DNA of 64,000 nucleotides from a virus (taxonomy: Duplodnaviria > Caudoviricetes): the IMG/VR virus record IMGVR_UViG_3300001580_000006, positions 64,001 to 128,000 of that record; one strand, given 5' to 3'. A model generated the notes under the pieces. That model was not told where the DNA came from. It did no database searches and saw only the letters and a list, made by a program, of their open reading frames with translations. A program made the position numbers and the translations under genes. Shown here piece after piece: positions 28,175 through 36,985 of the stretch (its first letter is position 1; each line of letters begins with the position of its first letter).

Positions 28175-29123
28175 TTTTCAAAGCCTCTGGTAAATCTGGT
28201 ACTTCTTTATAGAGCTGTTTTACTTGCTCCGTTATTGTGGCGGATTCCTTGGTGTCAGGAAACATTGCCGCTAGTGTGGCAACTATGCCCCTATGTAGGG
28301 CTGTGCGCCTCTCGTCCCAACCACTGGTATCGCCAACTACTCCTAGGAAGAACGCAGCTTCTGGTGATTCGATTACAACCTCACAACCCTCGACTACCTT
28401 AAGCAGCTCTTCTCTGGTGTGGGCAGTTACTGACCTCAGTGTGCAATCCTTGTCTCGCAAGGTCTTTGGCACTTCGGTTGATGCCACGTTTAGCTCTACA
28501 AAGCCAAATGGGTCGAACACCTTGACTTGTTTGCCTTTCTCTATCTTCTCTGATATATCCTTAAGCCTGCGCAGAGTCTTGTCAAAGAGCACCACGTCGC
28601 TATTGCCAGTAAAGCTGGAAATGGCTGGCTGTATTGGAACAGGTCTCCAAAACGCTGAGGCTGTGCCCTCGATACCAGCGTCGTTGATTGGTATTACCTC
28701 TACTCCGTTAGACGCAAATGACCGTATAGCTTTGATACCTTCCTCAGATATCTCACCGTTCTCGTCTTGTAGCGGGGCGCACAATACTATGATTGCTGGT
28801 TGAACTCCCTTGCTTTGAATGCTTACCAAGAACTCATCGCTAGGTAGCCCCTCTACGAACAGAACCCCAACCGGCTGCCCTGACTGGATGGTTTCAAACG
28901 TCCTTTTTGACGCCGAAGCCCGGGTAAAGAATGCTGACTCCTTTGGGCTAGCCATGTAATATGGAGCATCTATTTGTGGGTATGACATTATTGATAGGCT
29001 GTTGGTGGCACACCATGGCGCCTGGTCAAGATCGTGCTGCATGCTGTTTAGGAACCTGCGGAAGCACTCTCCAGCAGCACTTAGGCTGAAGTAAGGTCCT
29101 ATGTATACTGTATTCCAAACCAT
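28146..29123 (-). CDS. Hypothetical protein, possible divergent glycosyltransferase (GT-B)
   Basis: Start placed at the ATG after GGAGGAG (MVWNTVYIGP); N-terminus and size resemble the neighbouring GT-like ORFs. Confidence 0.35.
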   Translation of the reverse strand: MVWNTVYIGPYFSLSAAGECFRRFLNSMQHDLDQAPWCATNSLSIMSYPQIDAPYYMASPKESAFFTRASASKRTFETIQSGQPVGVLFVEGLPSDEFLVSIQSKGVQPAIIVLCAPLQDENGEISEEGIKAIRSFASNGVEVIPINDAGIEGTASAFWRPVPIQPAISSFTGNSDVVLFDKTLRRLKDISEKIEKGKQVKVFDPFGFVELNVASTEVPKTLRDKDCTLRSVTAHTREELLKVVEGCEVVIESPEAAFFLGVVGDTSGWDERRTALHRGIVATLAAMFPDTKESATITEQVKQLYKEVPDLPEALKNAETEKSTS

Positions 29124-29124
29124 G

Positions 29125-30336
29125 TTATTTCTCCTCCACAAGATTGAATAGTGTCTGTGCAATGGATGGGTAATTAGGCTTAAAGGCGTTTGACCTGCCC
29201 AGTTGGCTTCTATTCCTTACTAGACGTACAAGTTCCTTTATGGCTGATTCGGCAGAAAATGCCTTGCCGAACATATCCGACCCCACCGTGTCTACCGGCA
29301 CATTACCATACTGCGTATTCAGCACTGGCATGTCCCAGGCTAGTGCGGTATGTACCAACGGTGACCACACATGATCCCTACTGGCATCTACTACGATGTC
29401 TGCACAAGATAGATACTGAGATAGTGCGGCGTTCTCGAAGTAGAAATTGGTAGTGTCCTTCTTGCCAGCTATAATCATATGCTTATTTAGCATATCTGAT
29501 GGTAGGGCAGGATTCTTTAGAATATCCAGATAGGTGGATGATTGGAGCAGAACAAGCCACTTGAATTTTATTTGCTCCATTGCTCCAGCCATAACCTCAA
29601 GCAGCGTAATAACTTCTGGCTGGGTGATACCTATTTCGTCCATGGATGGCAGCAGTGTCACTACGACAGTGTCCTCTGGAGTTAGTGTTCCCGAGTTATC
29701 TGGCAAGCTTATGTTAGCTCTAATGCCCTTCTTGTCAAACGGTGCGGTTGCTAAAGTCGGGAACTTGGCTACCTCTATTTGATGCACGTCGGCTACCGTA
29801 ACTCCGTTAGATAGATGGCGCCGGCTGTCCTGATCTGGTACTATGACCACCTTTGCTCTATGGAAAGCATCTGAATAGATGGCGTCCCTGGCTGGCGAGT
29901 CCTTGAACACAGTGCGCGATCTTACCTCAAACCCTGACTTGGACCAAGGCACCGTACGTAGTATAATAGCCTCCGACTCTAGATCCGGCATTTTACACAG
30001 TAGAGTAGCCTCGGCTAGCGGTGAGTCAACCGTTAATATGTAGTCATACCTGTCTTCGTGCAGTAGTTGCTGTAGTAGTAGTGGCTCCATCCCACTACGA
30101 TATGCTACATTATAGATAGGCCATATATGCTTTATCTCGTTTGACGTCTCTGCACTTCCGCCAAGCATTCTGTCTTTTACCTGCAGTCCTAAGGAGTACT
30201 CACTAAGGCTTAGCGATGGAGTTAGAACATGAATTCTTCCTGTGTAGCTCGATAGAGAAGTTATGTCCTTAACGACTAGCTTCGCTAACTCTAGTGATCT
30301 TGGTTCAGTAATTATAAGCACTTTCTTCATTTGCAC
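29125..30336 (-). CDS. GT4-like (GT-B fold) glycosyltransferase
   Basis: KVLIIT start, AKVVIVPD, and YLSCADIVVDASRDHVWSPLVHTALAWDMPVLNT aligning to the GT4 C-terminal signature region. Confidence 0.6.
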   Translation of the reverse strand: MQMKKVLIITEPRSLELAKLVVKDITSLSSYTGRIHVLTPSLSLSEYSLGLQVKDRMLGGSAETSNEIKHIWPIYNVAYRSGMEPLLLQQLLHEDRYDYILTVDSPLAEATLLCKMPDLESEAIILRTVPWSKSGFEVRSRTVFKDSPARDAIYSDAFHRAKVVIVPDQDSRRHLSNGVTVADVHQIEVAKFPTLATAPFDKKGIRANISLPDNSGTLTPEDTVVVTLLPSMDEIGITQPEVITLLEVMAGAMEQIKFKWLVLLQSSTYLDILKNPALPSDMLNKHMIIAGKKDTTNFYFENAALSQYLSCADIVVDASRDHVWSPLVHTALAWDMPVLNTQYGNVPVDTVGSDMFGKAFSAESAIKELVRLVRNRSQLGRSNAFKPNYPSIAQTLFNLVEEK

Positions 30337-31283
30337 AATTCCTCCACAACCGAACGTAGTGTTTTTCCCTCTGCCTCATTATACTCGGCTATTCTTTTTG
30401 AGATTTGTTCTAGGTCTGACTCTGCCTCTAGCGGCACCTGCTCCGATAAACGTCTTACTGAGATTAGTGGGCGTAGGTCTGCTGGAACACTGAGTATCCT
30501 CTCAAGTTCATAAAACAGCCCCTCCTCGAACTGTGACCCGATTACTGGATATAGACCGTGGCCAAAGAACTCAAGCATCTGCTCTACAGTAAGAGTCTTG
30601 TCTATTACAAAGCAGTCGGCCTCATCTACACTATCGTACTGACGAAACTTTGTAACTTCGCGGTCCTTATATAGAGGAACTACACGTCCAGCCGCCTCTA
30701 CCATGTTTGGCTGCACTAGGATAGTAACACCCTGTAGGCCCAAAGCAATCATCTTTGTCACACTAGCTGGAGTGTTGTTCAGTACGTTTAATCCCTCATG
30801 CTTCTGTCGACGACTACGACTCCAATTTACCTCTGGCAGACTGAGCTTTATGGTTTCTACTGGTTTGTCTGTGTACCTAGTAATCCAGTCTGCAGTTATC
30901 CTATCGAACGCAAATAGCCGCATTTCAGTTCCACTGTTTCCCATTTCGACCAATTTGCTTAGGCCAGCATAATCAGAGTAGTCTGCTTGCAACACTGGTG
31001 GGCACCACAGCCAGACATTCTTTGGTCTACCGTACTGAGCGTAGTGCATCACCATGGATGGCCTACCGATAATTACGAGTGTGTCGGCGCCACCATTTAT
31101 CTTCTCTAGCAGCTCGATGTAGTCGTCAGCTAGATATGGTAGTTGTTCTTGGATTGGTTGCGGCACAAACAGTATGTCGCTATCCTTCTCCCTCTTCAGT
31201 TCCGAATGAATCTGGTCAAACTGTGTTGCAATCAGGTGCGAGGCAGAAGCAGATTCATATTTGGGTGCTATGACTATTTTCAT
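30327..31283 (-). CDS. Possible divergent glycosyltransferase (GT-B)
   Basis: MKIVIAP start, EADCFVI...MLEFFGHGLYPVI. Confidence 0.4.
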   Translation of the reverse strand: MKIVIAPKYESASASHLIATQFDQIHSELKREKDSDILFVPQPIQEQLPYLADDYIELLEKINGGADTLVIIGRPSMVMHYAQYGRPKNVWLWCPPVLQADYSDYAGLSKLVEMGNSGTEMRLFAFDRITADWITRYTDKPVETIKLSLPEVNWSRSRRQKHEGLNVLNNTPASVTKMIALGLQGVTILVQPNMVEAAGRVVPLYKDREVTKFRQYDSVDEADCFVIDKTLTVEQMLEFFGHGLYPVIGSQFEEGLFYELERILSVPADLRPLISVRRLSEQVPLEAESDLEQISKRIAEYNEAEGKTLRSVVEELCK

Positions 31284-31490
31284 TTATCTCCGTCCCCTCT
31301 TGTTTTTCTTTGTTCGCTTTTTCTCCACCTTTGGCGCCTCTACATTTACTTTTTTTGGTAACTCAGTGCTTGTGATGACATCCACCGGCACCTCTTTTAC
31401 CTCGGGTGCCCTGGCCTTACTGGCAACTGGCACTCCTCTGCCGATTTTATTAATCGGATCCGGCAAATTCCTCTTCAGTACTAACGGCAT
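31284..31490 (-). CDS. Small basic hypothetical protein
   Basis: 68 aa, GGAG RBS, Lys/Arg tail. Confidence 0.5.
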   Translation of the reverse strand: MPLVLKRNLPDPINKIGRGVPVASKARAPEVKEVPVDVITSTELPKKVNVEAPKVEKKRTKKNKRGRR

Positions 31491-31743
31491 CTTCGCTCCC
31501 CTCTATTGTGCTTACTTTATATTTTTTACCAAACTGGTTATCTGTTTCTTGCTTAATGTCTGCATAAATCGCCTTTAATCGTAGGCGTACATATTCAGGT
31601 GTGTGATGAAGTCGCTCAGCTATCTCGTGTGGCCTCATACCTGTGACCCACCTTGAGTAGAAGATAATCAAATCTATTCCAGGGCGCTTATCCAGAACAC
31701 TAGCAATAATAAATTGTATGTTTTCTGGAATTTCTACAGCCAT
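31450..31743 (-). CDS. Sigma region-4-like HTH protein
   Basis: IFYSRWVTGMRPHEIAERLHHTPEYVR. Confidence 0.65.
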   Translation of the reverse strand: MAVEIPENIQFIIASVLDKRPGIDLIIFYSRWVTGMRPHEIAERLHHTPEYVRLRLKAIYADIKQETDNQFGKKYKVSTIEGSEDAVSTEEEFAGSD

Positions 31744-31744
31744 T

Positions 31745-31990
31745 TTATTTCCCTACGAGGAGGTCATCCTCAAATAGCTCTTTTGGCAGCGAAGTTACCT
31801 TTATTTCAGCAGTGTGGTTAATCACTAACAACTTGTGGTCCTTCAGGTGCAACTGCTCCTGTATTGTCTTGTTCCACTCGTCCAGTTGTTTTACGTCTGC
31901 TCCTTGAATTCTTACCACTACCAGCTGCTGGTCTCGCCTTTTTACTGGTTTCCACAGCCAGCTCACTAGATCCACTAGCTTCATCTTCAC
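31745..31990 (-). CDS. Hypothetical protein
   Basis: AAGGAGG RBS precedes GTG/ATG (VKMKLVDLVSW); overlapped by the RuvC tail. Confidence 0.55.
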   Translation of the reverse strand: MKMKLVDLVSWLWKPVKRRDQQLVVVRIQGADVKQLDEWNKTIQEQLHLKDHKLLVINHTAEIKVTSLPKELFEDDLLVGK

Positions 31991-32522
31991 CCTCCTTAAG
32001 TTCTTTGTATCCTCCAAGCGCTAGAATGGCTGCATCCATTGCGTCTGGAGAAGTATCTTGTAAGTTCCAGTTCTGTCTACGGAAAATTGCGTGAGCTATA
32101 TCTTTCGAGGTTACACCCTTACCTAGCGCATATTTCCTTGCCCTCATTACGTTAATCATATGTGGCACTATACCATTCTTATAGAGTTGGTGCAGAAGTG
32201 CTCCCTTCAGCTCTGATATTACTGTCTGTCCGCGAGTCATTCCTGGGCGCGGCGTAAACTCCTCAACAACTATAATATCTGGTCGTCTGCGGTCAATTCT
32301 TTCAATGAGCTGATCAACTATATAAGATATTCTCGCTTGTGTAAATTCCGACCTAGCTATTATTGTTTCAGCATATAGCTCGTTCAGGTCCGATCTGTAT
32401 TGCGCTACACCACAGTTCTCGCTACCGAGATCGATCCCCATTACTCTAGTCAACAACCCAGACCTACTTGCTACTAGCAGCTTATGACTAGCGTTCAATT
32501 CATTTTTCATTTGCCATACCAA
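31818..32522 (-). CDS. ruvC: RuvC-like Holliday junction resolvase
   Basis: VMGIDLG, IIVVEE, GKGVTSK, DAMDAAILA. Confidence 0.85.
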   Translation of the reverse strand: MVWQMKNELNASHKLLVASRSGLLTRVMGIDLGSENCGVAQYRSDLNELYAETIIARSEFTQARISYIVDQLIERIDRRRPDIIVVEEFTPRPGMTRGQTVISELKGALLHQLYKNGIVPHMINVMRARKYALGKGVTSKDIAHAIFRRQNWNLQDTSPDAMDAAILALGGYKELKEGEDEASGSSELAVETSKKARPAAGSGKNSRSRRKTTGRVEQDNTGAVAPEGPQVVSD

Positions 32523-33078
32523 ATTTGCATGGATGATAAAGCGCTGAACACTGTGAGCATAAATCTCTGCTAGGCCGTGGTTGAGCCAACTGGTCTAAAG
32601 AACTTGTCCATAATTGATACAGCTCTCTGGCTGTGCCCTGCATCGCTGTTCCGGTAGTTAAGTTCCACAGTTTTGCATCAAAGAAGGCGGCTCGTGATAA
32701 ATCCAGTGCCAGTAAGCGCTCGTCGAAGTTTATACACACTCTCTCTGGTTCGGTATTATTTGATACAACTATGTGGATGTCTGGCCCATCATGTACATCA
32801 TCCTCGACGTGCGGCGTCTCTATCTTTTTATGGGCAGGCAGCTCAAATCGCACAAAATCTGGTCTACACTTTGTATTATGTATTAGTTCGCACATCGTTA
32901 GAAGCTCTACTTTATATGACATGTCGTCTGGTAGCTTCTTCGCAAACTGACCTAGTCTTGTGTTTGGATTCGTTAATCGCTGTATTGCCCTGATAGGTAT
33001 TGGCTCTCTTTGACTGCGTTTGAGCACGTTCCTATATGGGCACAAATAAGCGGTTCGTATATGCTGATAAGTAAACAT
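32500..33078 (-). CDS. Degenerate Cas4/AddB-like protein
   Basis: N-terminal LCPYR and C-terminal RPSRDLCSQC...PC; no clear PD-(D/E)xK catalytic motif. Confidence 0.45.
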   Translation of the reverse strand: MFTYQHIRTAYLCPYRNVLKRSQREPIPIRAIQRLTNPNTRLGQFAKKLPDDMSYKVELLTMCELIHNTKCRPDFVRFELPAHKKIETPHVEDDVHDGPDIHIVVSNNTEPERVCINFDERLLALDLSRAAFFDAKLWNLTTGTAMQGTARELYQLWTSSLDQLAQPRPSRDLCSQCSALYHPCKFGMANEK

Positions 33079-33353
33079 TACTTTTTAGTCAGTGCTGTTA
33101 CTAAAGTATGCACTCTCTCTTCGAGAGTATCTAGCATATCTGGAGACAACTGTCCGTGTGTATCCAGGCCTATCTGCACTATTGAGGCGATATCCTCCAG
33201 CACTTGCAGTCCTGTGTCGTGTAACTGACAGTCCTGCATAGCCTTTACTACTACATCGTAGTGTGGCTGGATCTTTCCTTCTCTTGATTTGAACACTATC
33301 TTAGCCAGCTCTTTGCAGGTGCTTAGTATTTTGTCCTGTTCTGTTTGCTTCAT
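33078..33353 (-). CDS. Hypothetical protein
   Basis: 91 aa, GGAG RBS. Confidence 0.6.
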   Translation of the reverse strand: MKQTEQDKILSTCKELAKIVFKSREGKIQPHYDVVVKAMQDCQLHDTGLQVLEDIASIVQIGLDTHGQLSPDMLDTLEERVHTLVTALTKK

Positions 33354-33426
33354 CTTATCTCCGCTAATTCAGGTCCCCTGTGGTTAAAAATGGGTGTTCT
33401 ATAAAAATTAATAGAGGGTACGACCA

Positions 33427-34731
33427 TTAAATGGTCGTAGCCCTCCGCCTGGAAGCACCGACTGGAAGCGCTGCAGCAGTTGTTACGTCTGCTCTTCCGC
33501 CAACTCTTTTGAAAGAACTCACACGCGCATACTCTATCTGAGCCATCTTCGATGTGTTGCCGACAAACCTAAAGTACTTAGTACCTTTGCAGGTCGGTAC
33601 TATCTTGTTCTTCTGGAATGCGATTTCTATCACTGGCTTGAATACTGGAATAGCCGGATCGTTTGGATACGTTACTTCGCGGTATTCAGCGTTTTGTTCA
33701 CCGCCAGCGTCTATCTCATTATGGGCCAGCATTACTAGGTTGCTCTTGTAGTCTATTTCGGCGGTCTCAGAGATGTCCTCTCTAATAGGCCGGCGCGTCT
33801 CGTTACCCTGTTTGCTGCGCAGCTTATTTAACTGAACACTCATCAGCAGGGTATTTTTATGTTCGACAACTGACTCTTTCAGTTTAATTGCCGTGTACAT
33901 AAAGCGTTCACGTAGTTCCATACCTTGGTGCTGTATGTCGTGGAAGTTATCAATTATCAGAATTACTTTCTTGTTGTGATGCTTATTGCACACAAAATCA
34001 TTTATGCGTAAGATATCCGTTAGAGTGGATACAGACGATGAGTCCAGAATCATGTAGGAGTCCTGCATTAGATCAGTCATCTTCTTCCACGAAGAAGTTA
34101 GAAGCTCTCTCTGTCCATTCTGTAGGTTTACTGGTATTGCTACCTGTTGGGCGTCGAGCCCTCTGGCAGCGCCACCATATATTGATAGCTGTGAAATTAG
34201 GTGCGGCATCATTTCTTTGATGCTGTCGTCCAGCGTTACATAGATAACAAAGACCTGTTCTGGATTATATAAGGGTAGATTGATTGAGACGTTGCGTAGC
34301 CAGGAAGTTTTGCCGGACGAGCCGCGCCCGCCTATTACATACATTAAGCCACCTGTGTGCAGCCCATTCATGTCGGCGTTTAGTTCTTTCATGTCGTCGC
34401 CTAGATATAAGCCGCTGGGCCTCAACACGTTTTCGAAGTATTCCTTGGCTTCGTTTACAAACTTCATGCCAAGTTCTAGCACATTGCCTATATTAGTCTG
34501 TGGTAGGTGTGCGGTTTGCTGAGCTACAAGCTCTTGGATTTCTAGGATAGGTTTTCCGGAATTTATAGCTCGCGTTAGTTTTGATCTGAAGTGCGCATCG
34601 GAGTCGACGTCCTTAACCAGCTTTAAAAGACTGGCCACCTGTCTTCCGACGTCTTCAGGAGTAGAGTCCGTACCAGCAGCAATGTCAGCTTTGAGCTGGT
34701 CGTTCTCTAGGATTTTTCCAAGTATATCCAT
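33427..34731 (-). CDS. DnaB-like replicative helicase
   Basis: Walker A GGRGSSGKTS, LIIDNF, SVQLNK, DISETAEI, KNK; start placed at the ATG after GGAGGA. Confidence 0.85.
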   Translation of the reverse strand: MDILGKILENDQLKADIAAGTDSTPEDVGRQVASLLKLVKDVDSDAHFRSKLTRAINSGKPILEIQELVAQQTAHLPQTNIGNVLELGMKFVNEAKEYFENVLRPSGLYLGDDMKELNADMNGLHTGGLMYVIGGRGSSGKTSWLRNVSINLPLYNPEQVFVIYVTLDDSIKEMMPHLISQLSIYGGAARGLDAQQVAIPVNLQNGQRELLTSSWKKMTDLMQDSYMILDSSSVSTLTDILRINDFVCNKHHNKKVILIIDNFHDIQHQGMELRERFMYTAIKLKESVVEHKNTLLMSVQLNKLRSKQGNETRRPIREDISETAEIDYKSNLVMLAHNEIDAGGEQNAEYREVTYPNDPAIPVFKPVIEIAFQKNKIVPTCKGTKYFRFVGNTSKMAQIEYARVSSFKRVGGRADVTTAAALPVGASRRRATTI

Positions 34732-34754
34732 ATGTTCCTCCACAATTAAGTCGT

Positions 34755-34783
34755 ATTATAGCACAAAACTAATTAAAAGTCAA
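34755..34783 (-). promoter_or_regulatory. Sigma70/sigmaA-type promoter for the helicase operon
   Basis: TTGACT-N17-TATAAT with TGTGC extension. Confidence 0.85.
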
Positions 34784-34855
34784 GTACTTTTTTGACTATG
34801 TTATAATTTTACCATATATTTATGCTAAATTCCAACTTTGGGCCAAAGATTATTC

Positions 34856-34884
34856 TTGACTTTTCCTCCAATTTGTGGTATAAT
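34856..34884 (+). promoter_or_regulatory. Sigma70/sigmaA-type promoter for the groES unit
   Basis: TTGACT-N17-TATAAT with TGTGG extension. Confidence 0.85.
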
Positions 34885-34914
34885 GTATAAAACAAACTGT
34901 GAGAGGAGATTACC

Positions 34915-35238
34915 ATGCGCATGAACCCAATGCCCGGGAAAGTCATTCTGTTTCTAACTAAGGAGCCAGAATCACAATCCAAAACTGGAATAATCCTAGT
35001 CAATCGCGACAGGGAAGACGGCTTTCGCAGTGGCACCGTAATAGCTGTCGGCGGCCCAAGAACCACTCCTAACGGAGCCAAGATTCCGTCCGAGATATCT
35101 GTAGGCGAAAAGGTGCTAATCCTACGATATGCCGGTATGTCCTTTCCCCCAGAGGTCGTGGGGTATGACGGGCCAGTAGAACAAGGCGACGAAATCAGAC
35201 TGGTCCTAGACGATGACATTCTGCTAACAATTGAGTAG
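34915..35238 (+). CDS. groES: Co-chaperonin GroES
   Basis: SKTGIILV, GTVIAVGG, ISVGEKVL, YAG, DDILLTIE. Confidence 0.85.
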   Translation: MRMNPMPGKVILFLTKEPESQSKTGIILVNRDREDGFRSGTVIAVGGPRTTPNGAKIPSEISVGEKVLILRYAGMSFPPEVVGYDGPVEQGDEIRLVLDDDILLTIE

Positions 35239-35716
35239 TAAATTGAAAACTAAGGATATGGCGGCGTATAAGCGCAAGTATCGACTTGAGCACAAAGAGG
35301 CGTATTCAGGTGCCAGCCATAGGCATTATGCTAGTAACAAAGAAACTGTATTAGCGCACAACCGTACATATTATGGTGCCAACCGTAGTAAGATATCTGC
35401 ACAAAAGAAACTATATAATGCAGCGAATCGTGCAAAGATTGTTGCGTGCAGTCGCAAGCGCCAATTTGGTTTATCAGAATCCGATTTTGAGTCTATGTTG
35501 TGCATTGCAGAAAACAAATGCCAGATCTGTGCCACGCCGTTCAAAGATGAATTATATAAAGGACCGTATGTTGACCACGACCACAAAACTGGAAGGATTC
35601 GCGGTTTGTTGTGTGCTAAGTGTAACAAAGCATTAGGGCTATTTGGCGATAGCCCGGCTGTACTGAGTGCAGCAGCAACATATTTACAAAAACACTTAAT
35701 AGATAGCATTGAATGA
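35231..35716 (+). CDS. Endonuclease VII-like (HNH) nuclease
   Basis: KCQIC, VDHDHKTGRIRGLLCAKCNKALG. Confidence 0.9.
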   Translation: MSSKLKTKDMAAYKRKYRLEHKEAYSGASHRHYASNKETVLAHNRTYYGANRSKISAQKKLYNAANRAKIVACSRKRQFGLSESDFESMLCIAENKCQICATPFKDELYKGPYVDHDHKTGRIRGLLCAKCNKALGLFGDSPAVLSAAATYLQKHLIDSIE

Positions 35717-36672
35717 AAGATCTCTTAGAGTTTTACCAGCCAGTGGCTGGAAGTGATGAGCCGTTAAGGCCCAAAGGTGAGTACTATTGGGAAGATCTGA
35801 GCATTACCTTGAACGTTTTGCCAACCCAGGACCTGGTATTTGGAGGTTGTTCAAGGAAGAGTGTGTGGTGTCGTAGCCGACCATCCTCTTCATATGTGGT
35901 TCCTCCGTTGGCAGAAAGAAGGGCTGAAGCGAAGATATTGATGGAAAAGAAGGATTATGGCCTCCTCTTTGGACTACAGAAGGCAGCAGCAGAAGGGGAA
36001 GAGCTTCCAGATGTCGCCCAAATCGATTTAGAGGTGCCGCCATGGCCCGATTCTATACAACTGCCACTAGCAGATAGCTCAAATCCTCTGGTTATAGAGG
36101 CTAGTAACGATAAATGCTTGCTGCACCTAAGGTTACCTCTAATAAGAGAGGTGGACGGGCACGCTACGGTAATCGTTGTTAGAAGCCTATCTTCTAGGGC
36201 TGCCTGCTCCAACGCAATTTATGGAAAGCGTGGTACACAAACGCAGCCGCAGGCACGAGACATAGTTCTAGCCTGTATATTGTTATATGCCATATCGTTA
36301 CAGCCAAAACCCATGCGATTTGTGGATCGATGTTTGATAATATATTCAGATCAGGCATTTCAAAACACCATGCAGTATTTAGTTGAGTTGGGCCCAACTG
36401 GCCCAATTATTAATGGGTTCGTCTATAAAGAAATAACTCCAGAGGCCGTGCTAACAAGGTTGCGGCTTACGCATATGATGGTGGCTACTGGAGATGGAAA
36501 ACCAGACTTTGTATTTGACACCGCCGATGCACAGATGGCAGCCGCCGCGGCTGAGTTAATAACTCAGAAACAAGTCGGCTGGAAACCCGTAGCAGGATAC
36601 CCCTGCAAAGCATGCGGATTCGCTGATAGATGTATACCAAAAGACTGTGAGATAGAAGAAGGGGCTGGATAA
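35713..36672 (+). CDS. Degenerate Cas4-like protein
   Basis: N-terminal CSRKSVW and C-terminal CKACGFADRC give a four-Cys staple; catalytic residues not evident. Confidence 0.5.
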   Translation: MKDLLEFYQPVAGSDEPLRPKGEYYWEDLSITLNVLPTQDLVFGGCSRKSVWCRSRPSSSYVVPPLAERRAEAKILMEKKDYGLLFGLQKAAAEGEELPDVAQIDLEVPPWPDSIQLPLADSSNPLVIEASNDKCLLHLRLPLIREVDGHATVIVVRSLSSRAACSNAIYGKRGTQTQPQARDIVLACILLYAISLQPKPMRFVDRCLIIYSDQAFQNTMQYLVELGPTGPIINGFVYKEITPEAVLTRLRLTHMMVATGDGKPDFVFDTADAQMAAAAAELITQKQVGWKPVAGYPCKACGFADRCIPKDCEIEEGAG

Positions 36673-36687
36673 CCAGCCCCTTCTTTT
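36657..36687. terminator. Terminator between convergent units
   Basis: AGAAGGGGCTGG-ATAA-CCAGCCCCTTCT followed by TTT. Confidence 0.8.
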
Positions 36688-36696
36688 ACCAGCTGG

Positions 36697-36744
36697 CTAG
36701 CACTTTTTCTTGCTAGCCTTCTTCTTAGTTTTCTTAGCAGCCAT
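36697..36744 (-). CDS. 15-aa lysine-rich peptide MAAKKTKKKASKKKC
   Basis: AGGAGG RBS 8 nt before the ATG; TAG stop just before the terminator. Confidence 0.6.
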   Translation of the reverse strand: MAAKKTKKKASKKKC

Positions 36745-36777
36745 GGTAAATCCCTCCTCTCTGCAGTCTTAGATACC

Positions 36778-36909
36778 TTATTTCTTAGGTGACTTAGCCT
36801 TATTGGCAATCTTGGTCACCGATCCGCCGTTAGAAATGGTTGGGACCTTGGGGATCTTAGTTGGGGTGGCCGAAATGCGTGGGGCAATCGGCTTGCTGAG
36901 CTTAGCCAT
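36778..36909 (-). CDS. 43-aa Lys/Pro-rich basic peptide
   Basis: MAKLSKPIAPRISATPTKIPKVPTISNGGSVTKIANKAKSPKK; AGGAG RBS; downstream of a promoter. Confidence 0.65.
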   Translation of the reverse strand: MAKLSKPIAPRISATPTKIPKVPTISNGGSVTKIANKAKSPKK

Positions 36910-36949
36910 TTGTATTCTCCTGGTTATTATTAAGTGTTGGAACCGTATA

Positions 36950-36978
36950 ATTATACCATAAATCTTGGTCAAATCCAA
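36950..36978 (-). promoter_or_regulatory. Sigma70/sigmaA-type promoter
   Basis: TTGGAT-N17-TATAAT with TATGG extension. Confidence 0.8.
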
Positions 36979-36985
36979 AAAGATT

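Noticed and set aside
36564-36809. 81-aa - strand ORF spanning the terminator
   Set aside because: It crosses the terminator and overlaps the convergent gene; the 15-aa ORF in another frame has the strong RBS
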